The notes under the pieces were generated by a model. That model was not told the DNA's origin, made no database searches, and saw only the letters and a list, made by a program, of their open reading frames with translations. The translations under genes and the position numbers were made by a program. From contig CBESNA010000001.1 in assembly GCA_965530755.1 (NCBI GenBank), positions 4,739 to 68,738 of the forward strand: DNA of 64,000 nucleotides, in the 5' to 3' direction. The DNA comes from an uncultured Acidimicrobiia bacterium (GTDB lineage Bacteria; Actinomycetota; Acidimicrobiia; Acidimicrobiales; SZUA-35). Shown here piece by piece: positions 19,597-27,589 of the stretch. Positions within the stretch are counted from its first letter, which is position 1. Every line of letters starts with the position of its first letter.

Positions 19597-19962
19597 TCAA
19601 ACCCAGCGAAGGACACCCTTGCGCCAGGCGTACGCCAGACCAAGAGCAAGAATGAAGATGAAGATCACCATCTCCACCAATCCGAAGAGGCCGTACGCCT
19701 CGAGGCGGGTCGCCCACGGAAAGATGAAGACGGCCTCGACGTCGAACATGACGAAGAGCAGAGCAAAGATGTAGTAGCGGATCTGACTCTGGGACCATCC
19801 GGTGCCCACAGGATCGACGCCACTCTCATAGTTCTCGATCTTGGCTTCGGTCGGACGATTCGGGCGTATGAAACTGGAAAGCCCGATGAACGTGCCGACG
19901 AGCAGCACGGCGATGCCGCCGAAGAGAGCGACGATGGCGTAGTCACGGAGGAAGTCCGACAC
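19597..19962 (-). CDS. nuoA: NADH-quinone oxidoreductase subunit A (cluster 1)
   Basis: 3-TM NuoA with KIENYESG and FDVEAVFIFPW. A GTG 19962 start gives a typical 121 aa, but the start is uncertain. The ORF-track start at 20049 is a TTG with no RBS, 3 nt after the glgB stop. Confidence 0.8.
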   Translation of the reverse strand: MSDFLRDYAIVALFGGIAVLLVGTFIGLSSFIRPNRPTEAKIENYESGVDPVGTGWSQSQIRYYIFALLFVMFDVEAVFIFPWATRLEAYGLFGLVEMVIFIFILALGLAYAWRKGVLRWV

Positions 19963-20052
19963 GGGGAGCGATGCTAGCCCTCTGGAGAGGCATCGGCCAA
20001 GATCTTCAGCGGTTTCTCGTATCCGACGTCGCCTGGGCGCCGACCCCAATCG

Positions 20053-21954
20053 TCAGCGGGTGGGAGCGAGAGCGATCACAGCGAGCGGTGGCAGGTCGAC
20101 GACCAACGACTGCTCGCGGCCGTGACTCCCCGTATCGTCGCTGCTGAGCGTCGTCGCGGCGAATGCTCCGCTCCCTCCGAAGTCCGGATCGTCGCTGTTC
20201 AACAGCACTTCCCACTGGCCCGATACGGGCACACCGACTCGGTAGCCGGACCGAGGCACCGGAGTGAGGTTCTGGACGCACAACACGGGTCGGTCGTCGT
20301 CGAGGCCGAGTCGCAGCCACACGAGCACCGAATTCGCGCCGTCATCGAGCACCACCCACTCGAAACCAGACGGATCGAGCTCGTTGCGGTGCATCGCCGG
20401 CTCGTTGCGGTAAACGTCGTTGAGCTTTGCAACCCAGCGTTGGACGCCGAGATGGTTCGGCAGCTCCAGTTGCGCCCAGGCCAGCGGATGGTCGTGGTTC
20501 CACTCCGGTCCTTGCCCGAACTCCTGGCCCATGAACAGCAGCTTCTTACCCGGATTCAGCCACTGGTTTCCGAACAACACACGCAGATTGGCGAACTGTT
20601 GCCACTCGTCGCCCGGCATCTTGGCCAGGATCGAGCCCTTGCCGTGCACGACCTCGTCATGACTGAGCGGAAGCACGTACTGCTCGGTGAACGCGTAGAC
20701 GCCACGGAACGTGATCTCGTTGTGGTGGAACCGGCGGTGGATGGGATCGCGCTCGAGATACTCGAGCGTGTCGTGCATCCAGCCCATGTCCCACTTGTAG
20801 TGGAACCCAAGACCGCCTTCATCGGCCGGCCGGGTGACACCGGGAAATGCCGTGGACTCCTCGGCGATGGTGATGACGTCCGGATGTTCGACACCGATCG
20901 CGGTGTTGAGATCTCGAAGGAAGTGAATCGCCTCGAGATTCTCCCGACCGCCGTACTGGTTGGGCACCCACGCACCCGACTCCCGGGAGTAGTCGCGGTA
21001 CAGCATCGAGGCGACGGCATCGACCCGGATCCCGTCGATGTGATAGCGCTCGATCCAGTGGAGAGCACTGCTAATCAGGAAGGACCGCACCTCGTGCCGG
21101 CCGAAGTTGAAGATGTAGCTCTTCCAGTCTGGGTGCCAGCCCTCCTTGGGATCGCCGTGTTCGTAGAGGTGGGATCCGTCGAAACTGCCGAGAGCGAAAT
21201 CGTCTGACGGGAAGTGCGACGGCACCCAATCGAGGATCACGCCGATCCCGCGCTCGTGGAGCTTGTCGACGAAGCCCATGAAGTCCGTCGGAAGGCCGTA
21301 GCGCGCGGTCGGAGCGAAGTAGCCGGTGGTCTGATAGCCCCAGGACCCGTAGAACGGGTGCTCCATGATGGGCAGCAACTCGACGTGGGTGAAGCCGCAC
21401 GCGTCGAGATGATCGGCCAACGGCTCCGCCAACTCCGCCCAGGTCAGGCTGCGGTATGCCTCGGCGTGGCGCCAGGACCCGACGTGCATCTCGTAGATCG
21501 AGATCGGTCGATCATGGCCCTGGTGCTCGGATCGAGCGTCGATCCAGTCGCTGTCTGACCAATCGTAGGAGAGGTCGGTGACGACCGACGCCGTCGCCGG
21601 TGGGAGCTCGGCGGCGAACGCCAACGGGTCGGCCCGCTCCACGTCGTAGCCGGCCTTGGTGGTGATCCGGAACTTGTATCGATCACCGACGGTGGCATCG
21701 GAGGCCACGCCGGCCCAGATGCCCGAGTCGCCCTGCGGAACGAGTTGGTACTTGTCGTTGACTTCCCAATTCGAGAAGTCACCGACAGCCCAGACCCGAG
21801 TTGCCTCGGGCGCCCAAACCGCGAAGCGGCGGCCCGGCTGGTCTGCGACGGTCAGGGCCTGTGCGCCGAGCACATCGAACAACCGACGGTGGCCGCCCTC
21901 GTTGAACAGCCAACGATCGCCCTCGGGGATCAGATCATTGAGGTCGAGAGTCAT
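20053..21954 (-). CDS. glgB: 1,4-alpha-glucan branching enzyme (GH13)
   Basis: GH13 branching-enzyme motifs (IDGIRVDAVASMLY, GFHYKWDMGWMHD, LPLSHDEVVHGKGS). Confidence 0.9.
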   Translation of the reverse strand: MTLDLNDLIPEGDRWLFNEGGHRRLFDVLGAQALTVADQPGRRFAVWAPEATRVWAVGDFSNWEVNDKYQLVPQGDSGIWAGVASDATVGDRYKFRITTKAGYDVERADPLAFAAELPPATASVVTDLSYDWSDSDWIDARSEHQGHDRPISIYEMHVGSWRHAEAYRSLTWAELAEPLADHLDACGFTHVELLPIMEHPFYGSWGYQTTGYFAPTARYGLPTDFMGFVDKLHERGIGVILDWVPSHFPSDDFALGSFDGSHLYEHGDPKEGWHPDWKSYIFNFGRHEVRSFLISSALHWIERYHIDGIRVDAVASMLYRDYSRESGAWVPNQYGGRENLEAIHFLRDLNTAIGVEHPDVITIAEESTAFPGVTRPADEGGLGFHYKWDMGWMHDTLEYLERDPIHRRFHHNEITFRGVYAFTEQYVLPLSHDEVVHGKGSILAKMPGDEWQQFANLRVLFGNQWLNPGKKLLFMGQEFGQGPEWNHDHPLAWAQLELPNHLGVQRWVAKLNDVYRNEPAMHRNELDPSGFEWVVLDDGANSVLVWLRLGLDDDRPVLCVQNLTPVPRSGYRVGVPVSGQWEVLLNSDDPDFGGSGAFAATTLSSDDTGSHGREQSLVVDLPPLAVIALAPTR

Positions 21955-22847
21955 GCCGAGCCGTCCTCGGGCAGGCGGATGTCGAGGCCGAAGAGCTCCG
22001 AGAATTGCTCGCGATATTCAACGTCGTCGGCGATGGCACCGAGTGCGACCCAATCCTCGTCCGGCACGGTGTCGAGTGCAGTCGTGAGGGCGTTGGCCCC
22101 CCAGCCGCAGGTCCAGCGAAGTTTGGGTTCGTCCGTGGTGACGGCTTCGTAGATCGTCTCGGCGACGACCGATGGGTGCCCGGGATCGGCGAGCCCAACC
22201 ATGTAGAAGTCGAGGAGGCGCTGGTAGTGGCGGTCATAGGCCCCGCTCTCGTTCGGGGCGTCGACGTTCTTGGCCATGATGGCCGTCTTGATGACGCCGG
22301 GCTCGACGATCGCCACTCTGATCCCGAACGGCGCCACCTCGTGTGCCAGTTCCTGACTCATCCCTTCGGCCGCCCACTTCGATGCAACGTACGGCGCCTG
22401 GGCGGAGGCGGCGAAGCGGCCGATGACCGAAGTGACGTTGACGATCGACCCGCTCCCCTGCTCACGCATGTGAGGAAGCACCGCCTGGATGCAGCGGACC
22501 AGACCATGCAGATTGACGTCCATGACCTCGGCGAAACGGTCGATGGCGCATTCCTCGACGGTGGCGTTCCCACCGACTCCGGCGTTGTTGACCAACACGT
22601 CGATTCGGCCGGCCTCGGCGTGGATCTGCGCCACGGCTGCGTTCACCGAGTCGGTGTCGGTGACGTCGCACACGACTGGATGGACCGTGACGCCGGCGGC
22701 CTGGGCCATGGCGTCGAGCTTGGCCGACTTGTCGAGCGAGCGCATCGTGCCGTAGACGGTCCAGCCCTTGGCCGCGAGGTCGACAGCGGCGCTCCGACCG
22801 ATTCCCGAGTTGCTTCCGGTGACGATGGCGACCAGTGATTCAGACAT
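21951..22847 (-). CDS. Short-chain dehydrogenase/reductase (classical SDR)
   Basis: TGSNSGIGRS cofactor motif, NNAG, and catalytic YVASK. ATGA stop/start overlap with glgB. Confidence 0.85.
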   Translation of the reverse strand: MSESLVAIVTGSNSGIGRSAAVDLAAKGWTVYGTMRSLDKSAKLDAMAQAAGVTVHPVVCDVTDTDSVNAAVAQIHAEAGRIDVLVNNAGVGGNATVEECAIDRFAEVMDVNLHGLVRCIQAVLPHMREQGSGSIVNVTSVIGRFAASAQAPYVASKWAAEGMSQELAHEVAPFGIRVAIVEPGVIKTAIMAKNVDAPNESGAYDRHYQRLLDFYMVGLADPGHPSVVAETIYEAVTTDEPKLRWTCGWGANALTTALDTVPDEDWVALGAIADDVEYREQFSELFGLDIRLPEDGSA

Positions 22848-22955
22848 GGGCGCCGACCCTACTCTGCACGAACGATCGACTCATCTCGAACCGTTGCTCA
22901 GTCTTCGGCTCGGTGTCGGGCGCCGACATCGTCGGCACCCGAGCAACACTGGCGC

Positions 22956-23348
22956 ATGGCCCATCTCGATCTCGTGAGCATCATCGTCGACGACTACGAC
23001 GAAGCGATCCGCTTCTTCACCAACGTGCTGGATTTCGACCTGACCGAGAACTCGCCATCGCTCACGAATGACGGCCGGTCCAAGAGGTGGGTCGTTGTCA
23101 CCCCGAGAGGTGGGGCCACCGGGGTGCTCCTGGCCAAGGCCGACGGAGCCCTGCAGTCGGCAGCGGTCGGACAGCAGGCGGCCGGACGGGTGGGGTATTT
23201 CCTTCGGGTCGACGACTTCGACGCCGCTCATGGACGGCTCGTCGATGCCAACGTCGAGATCGTCTCGCCGCCACGATCCGAGCCGTACGGGCGAGTTGCC
23301 GTCTTTGTCGACATCGCCGGCAACAAGTGGGATCTGCTCGGCGATTGA
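22956..23348 (+). CDS. VOC-family (glyoxalase/bleomycin-resistance fold) protein
   Basis: 130-aa protein whose N-terminus (HLDLVSIIVDDYDEAIRFFTNVLDFDL) is typical of the VOC fold. Confidence 0.65.
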   Translation: MAHLDLVSIIVDDYDEAIRFFTNVLDFDLTENSPSLTNDGRSKRWVVVTPRGGATGVLLAKADGALQSAAVGQQAAGRVGYFLRVDDFDAAHGRLVDANVEIVSPPRSEPYGRVAVFVDIAGNKWDLLGD

Positions 23349-23403
23349 CCCGGCTCACCGACCGGGTTGTCGGATCCGCAGCCGTACGGGCGAGACTGAC
23401 CCG

Positions 23404-24522
23404 ATGCGGATCGGTCCGATCGAACTGACGTCTCCTGTGGTCCTGGCCCCGATGGCCGGCGTCACGAACGCGCCGTTCCGTCGCCTGTGCCGCCGATTCG
23501 GTGGCGGACTCTACGTGAGCGAGATGATCTCGGCTCGAGCGCTGGTCGAGGGATCGGACAAGACCGAGCGCCTCGCCAGCTTCGACCCCGATGAGTCACC
23601 CCGATCGCTGCAGCTCGCCGGCGTCGACCCGTACTACGTGGGCGAGGCGGTACGGCATTTGGTCGGAGCCGGCAGGATCGATCACCTGGACCTCAACTTC
23701 GGATGCCCGGTCCGCAAGGTGACCCGCAATGGCGGAGGCGGCGCGCTCCCGTACAAGCGCAAGCTCTTCGCTGCCGTCGTCGAGGCGGCCGTGGCCGCTG
23801 CGTCCCCGGCCGGCGTTCCCGTGACCATCAAGTACCGAGTCGGCGTCGATGACGATCACACGACCTACCTCGACGCCGGCCGCATCGCCGCCGATCTCGG
23901 GGTCGCTGCGATCGCGCTCCACGGGCGAACCGTGGCGCAGCTCTATTCCGGCACTGCCGATTGGTCGACGATCGCCTCGCTGAAAGAAGCTGTTCCCGAG
24001 ATCCCGATCCTCGGCAACGGTGACATCTGGGCGGCCGATGACGCCGTTCGTATGATCTCCGAGACAGGCTGCGACGGCGTGGTGATCGGCCGAGGCTGCC
24101 TCGGTCGCCCTTGGCTGTTCGGCCAACTCGAGGCTGCGCTGCGCGGCGATCCGATCCCCGACCATCCAACGACGCACGAGGTCGTCCCCGTGATGGTCGA
24201 GCATGCGCAGTTGCTGATGGAGTGGATGGGCGACGAGGCCCGGGGTGCGCGCGAGTTCCGCAAGCACACGGCGTGGTACCTCAAGGGGTACCCCGTTGGC
24301 GGCGAGCTCCGAGGCAAGCTGGGCAAGATCGACTCGCTCGATGACCTCGTAGAACTCCTCGGCCGGATCGACGACCATCCGCTCCCTACCGAGAACCATC
24401 GGGTGGCGAGGGGACACACGCGAGGTCCTCAGACTGTCGCTCTGCCGGACGGTTGGCTCGACGACCCATTCGACGACCGGCCGGCGAACCCCGACGGCGA
24501 CTCCGCCGCCAGCGGCGGCTGA
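23404..24522 (+). CDS. dusB: tRNA-dihydrouridine synthase
   Basis: LAPMAGVTNAPFRRL and DLNFGCPVRKV motifs. ATG 23404. The upstream part of ORF 23068..24522 overlaps the VOC gene and was rejected. Confidence 0.88.
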   Translation: MRIGPIELTSPVVLAPMAGVTNAPFRRLCRRFGGGLYVSEMISARALVEGSDKTERLASFDPDESPRSLQLAGVDPYYVGEAVRHLVGAGRIDHLDLNFGCPVRKVTRNGGGGALPYKRKLFAAVVEAAVAAASPAGVPVTIKYRVGVDDDHTTYLDAGRIAADLGVAAIALHGRTVAQLYSGTADWSTIASLKEAVPEIPILGNGDIWAADDAVRMISETGCDGVVIGRGCLGRPWLFGQLEAALRGDPIPDHPTTHEVVPVMVEHAQLLMEWMGDEARGAREFRKHTAWYLKGYPVGGELRGKLGKIDSLDDLVELLGRIDDHPLPTENHRVARGHTRGPQTVALPDGWLDDPFDDRPANPDGDSAASGG

Positions 24523-24530
24523 TTCCGCAT

Positions 24531-24594
24531 CCCCAAACCTCGGGTTTGAGCCCCACAGAACCGGGGGTCATAGCCTCGGGTTGAGAGCACGATC
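24531..24594. repeat. 64-nt element, copy A (inverted partner at 25840-25903)
   Basis: CCCCAAACCTCGGGTTTGAGCCCCACAGAACCGGGGGTCATAGCCTCGGGTTGAGAGCACGATC. The first 47 nt match the reverse complement of copy B with 2 mismatches. Contains a hairpin (CAAACC-TCG-GGTTTG) and an internal direct repeat CCTCGGGTT(T)GAG. Confidence 0.8.
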
Positions 24595-24639
24595 TGGTTC
24601 TCTCGGCGACGGCTCAGCGTTGGGCGAGGCGTCCTCAGC

Positions 24640-24978
24640 TCATGTCGGACGCGGGGCGAACATGATCACAGCCACTCCGCCAAGGCAGATGGCAGCACCG
24701 AGCAGATCGTGCCGATCTGGGCGGAATCCGTCTGCGACTACGCCCCACAGCAGCGACCCGGCAACAAAGACACCACCGTAGGCAGCGAGGACCCGGCCGA
24801 AATTCGGGTCGGGTTGGAACGTGGCCACGAATCCGTAGCCGGCGAGCGCGGCGATGCCGACTCCGACCCAGGCGATACCGCGGTGCTCGCGAACGCCCTG
24901 CCAGATCAACCACGCTCCACCGATCTCCAGTACCGCTGCGGCAGCGAACAGAACAATCGAACGGACCGAGTCGGGCAT
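24640..24978 (-). CDS. ynfA: YnfA-family (UPF0060) small membrane protein
   Basis: 112 aa, 4 [23 protein letters not shown] is typical of YnfA. ATG 24978. Confidence 0.7.
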   Translation of the reverse strand: MPDSVRSIVLFAAAAVLEIGGAWLIWQGVREHRGIAWVGVGIAALAGYGFVATFQPDPNFGRVLAAYGGVFVAGSLLWGVVADGFRPDRHDLLGAAICLGGVAVIMFAPRPT

Positions 24979-25011
24979 CTGGCCGACCGTACCCGCCGAC
25001 CGAAGTATCAC

Positions 25012-25043
25012 TTGACCTTGCAACCGGCTTCAACGTTTAGATT
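25012..25043 (+). promoter_or_regulatory. Candidate MerR-type promoter with an over-long spacer, upstream of the merR-family gene
   Basis: TTGACC (25012-25017), a 19-20 nt spacer holding the imperfect dyad TTGCAACCGGCTTCAA, then TTAGAT/TAGATT (25037-25043). The -10 ends 7 nt before ATG 25050, implying a leaderless transcript. Confidence 0.35.
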
Positions 25044-25049
25044 CGGCCT

Positions 25050-25817
25050 ATGAGCAACTCACTCCGGATTGCCGAGATCGCCGACCGTGCGGGCATCTCG
25101 ACCGCGACGGTCCGCTACTACGAACGCATCGGCGTGCTCCCCATACCGGAGCGTTCGGCCGACGGGTATCGGATGTATGACGCCCACACGGTCGAACGAC
25201 TCGAGTTCATCGGTCGAGCCAAACAGCTCGGTTGCTCCCTCGACGAGGTCACGGATCTCGCCCAAGCCTGGGAAGGCGGCGAATGCGGACCAATCCAGGA
25301 TCGGCTCCGCACCCTGGTGTCCGACAAGCTCGCCGCCGCCCAGACCGAGATCGTCGAGTTGGTCACACTGACCGCAGACCTGCGTCGGGCTGCTGCAGCG
25401 TTGGGAGGCCATCGTCCGGTCGGCCGATGCGACGATACGTGCGGCTGCACCTTCAACAATCGTGCCGAAGCGCTGCCGGTGCCGATCGCGTTCACCGAGC
25501 GACCAGCCACCGCTGACACACCGATCACGTGCACCCTCGACGCGGGGCAGATGCCCGACCGCATCGTCGAATGGAACACGCTCGTCGGATTCGGTACCGA
25601 CCGTGTGACTCGTACTGCGATCGCCGGCGGAGTTCGGCTCCACTTTCGCGACACTGTGGACGTCGCCGAGATCGCCCGCCTGGCGACCGCGGAACAGAAC
25701 TGCTGCCAGTTCTTCACGTTCCGCATCGCCATCGACCAGCACGGTGTGGCGCTCGAGGTCACAGCGTCAGGAGATGCAATCGACATCGTCCATACCGCGT
25801 TCGAAGCACCCGCATGA
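25050..25817 (+). CDS. MerR family transcriptional regulator with a Cys-containing C-terminal domain
   Basis: N-terminal MerR HTH (LRIAEIADRAGISTATVRYYERIGVLP). Divergent from ynfA. Confidence 0.85.
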   Translation: MSNSLRIAEIADRAGISTATVRYYERIGVLPIPERSADGYRMYDAHTVERLEFIGRAKQLGCSLDEVTDLAQAWEGGECGPIQDRLRTLVSDKLAAAQTEIVELVTLTADLRRAAAALGGHRPVGRCDDTCGCTFNNRAEALPVPIAFTERPATADTPITCTLDAGQMPDRIVEWNTLVGFGTDRVTRTAIAGGVRLHFRDTVDVAEIARLATAEQNCCQFFTFRIAIDQHGVALEVTASGDAIDIVHTAFEAPA

Positions 25818-25839
25818 ACCAGGAAACCGAGCCAGGCGC

Positions 25840-25903
25840 GATCAGGACTCGAACCGGAGGCTATGACCCCCGATCCTGTGGGGCTCAAACCCGAGGTTTG
25901 GGG
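25840..25903. repeat. 64-nt element, copy B (inverted partner of 24531-24594)
   Basis: The reverse complement reads CCCCAAACCTCGGGTTTGAGCCCCACAGGATCGGGGGTCATAGCCTCCGGTTCGAGTCCTGATC. It lies immediately 3' of the nuoN (cluster 2) stop. Confidence 0.8.
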
Positions 25904-25906
25904 CCG

Positions 25907-27589
25907 CTAGGGGCGGAGGAGGGCGAGGGTGGCGGCGGCGTCGGAAAGGAATCCGCCACCAACACTCGGCACCACGCCCCACAGCAGCGCCGCAGCGACC
26001 GACACCAACAACACCACCAGAACCTCCGGCGGGACGTCGAGCTGCTCGCGACCAGCGGTCGACGTACCACCATCGGCATCGTCGACAGCAGACGCAGCAG
26101 CGCCGAGTGACGACGCAGCCACGGCTGACCCGGCCGCCGCCCCGGTATCGGCTTCGTCAGCCTCGTCGGGGGCGTCGTCGTCGCTCATGAACATGGCCAC
26201 GACGAGTCTCAGGTACAAGTAGGCCGCCACCGCGGCAGCCAACATGGCCACCCCGGCCAACCAGTAACTCTCATCGCTCGCCGCAGCGGCGATCACCCGG
26301 AACTTGGCGAAGAAACCAGACGTGAAGGGAATGCCTGCTTGGGCGAACAGCAGCACCGCGAAGAGCGCCGCCAGAAGAGGCTCACGTGACGCCAGCCCGC
26401 GATAGTCGCTGATCTGGTGATTCCCGTCGCCCCGCCCGCCGACGACTGTGATCACGGCAAAGGACCCGATGACGGTGAGGGAGTAGGTGAACAGGTAGAA
26501 CAACGTGGCCGAACCGCCGAGCAGATCGACGCTGCCATCGGCCAGGACTCCGTCCTGAGCCGCACTGTGCAGACCCACCAGCATGAAGCCGGCGTGGGTG
26601 ATCGACGAGTACGCCATCATCCGCTTCACGTTGGTCTGCACCACGGCGAAGAACGCACCGATGACCAAGGTGAGCATCGCCATCGCCGCGACGATCGGCA
26701 GCCACTCGTCGCTGATAGCTGAGAATCCGTACAGGAAGACCCGCAGGAACCCGGCGAACGCCGCGACCTTCACCGCGGAGGCCATGAAGGCAACGATCGG
26801 CGTCGGAGCACCCTGGTAGACGTCAGGTGCCCAGACGTGGAACGGAGCAGCCGACACCTTGAAGCCGAAGCCGACCAGCATGAAGGCGATCCCGACGAGC
26901 AAGAGCGAGGCGTCCTCGATGGCGAGCAGCCCATTCGGAGCAGGGACGACCATGCCCCGGGCGATTCCGCCGAGGCGGGTCGAGCCGGTCGCCCCGTAGA
27001 CGAGCGCGATGCCGTAGAGGAACACCGCAGAGGACAACGCACCAAGGACGAAGTACTTGAACCCGGCCTCTTGGGACTCGGACCGTCGCAGATGCAGCGC
27101 CGCCAACACGTACACGGCGATGGAGAGGACTTCGAGGCCGACGAACGAGACGATGAGGTCTTCTGCCGACGCCAGCAAGACACCACCGGATGCGGACAGC
27201 AGGACGAGGGCGTACCACTCTGGCCCCTCGAGGCCCTCACGACGCGTGTAGTTGTCGAGCAGGAAAGCGACCAACACGACGGCGATACACAAGATCAATG
27301 TGATGAAGAGCGTGAAGTTGTCGACCACGATCGCGTCGGCCAGCACGTAGAACTCGCTCCGACCGGTGATTTCACCTTCGTCGTTGACTCGTTGCACGAT
27401 CGTCGGGATGAACGCCGCTGCGGTGATGGCAGACGCTGCGGTGAACGCCGCCGGGAAGCTTCCCTTGCGCGTGCTCGGTACCAGCGACGTGATCGTGATG
27501 AGGATGATGCTGGCCATCGAAAGGATGGTGAAGGGCCAGATCAGCGACCATTCGATGTCGGGGGTGACCACTTGGGCGAGCATGTTCAT
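25907..27589 (-). CDS. nuoN: NADH-quinone oxidoreductase subunit N (cluster 2), with an acidic low-complexity insertion
   Basis: FKVSAAPFHVWAPDVYQGAPTP motif. 560 aa. ATGA overlap with nuoM. Confidence 0.9.
   Translation of the reverse strand: MNMLAQVVTPDIEWSLIWPFTILSMASIILITITSLVPSTRKGSFPAAFTAASAITAAAFIPTIVQRVNDEGEITGRSEFYVLADAIVVDNFTLFITLILCIAVVLVAFLLDNYTRREGLEGPEWYALVLLSASGGVLLASAEDLIVSFVGLEVLSIAVYVLAALHLRRSESQEAGFKYFVLGALSSAVFLYGIALVYGATGSTRLGGIARGMVVPAPNGLLAIEDASLLLVGIAFMLVGFGFKVSAAPFHVWAPDVYQGAPTPIVAFMASAVKVAAFAGFLRVFLYGFSAISDEWLPIVAAMAMLTLVIGAFFAVVQTNVKRMMAYSSITHAGFMLVGLHSAAQDGVLADGSVDLLGGSATLFYLFTYSLTVIGSFAVITVVGGRGDGNHQISDYRGLASREPLLAALFAVLLFAQAGIPFTSGFFAKFRVIAAAASDESYWLAGVAMLAAAVAAYLYLRLVVAMFMSDDDAPDEADEADTGAAAGSAVAASSLGAAASAVDDADGGTSTAGREQLDVPPEVLVVLLVSVAAALLWGVVPSVGGGFLSDAAATLALLRP

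Noticed and set aside
25840-25912. Possible tRNA gene or fragment on the minus strand, from the T-arm-like GGTTCGAGTCC plus a CAT-containing loop
   Set aside because: I could not fold a cloverleaf. There is no complementary acceptor stem and no spacing for a variable region between the putative anticodon and T arms. The T stem has a C-T mismatch and there is no CCA context. It is treated as part of the 64-nt repeat.
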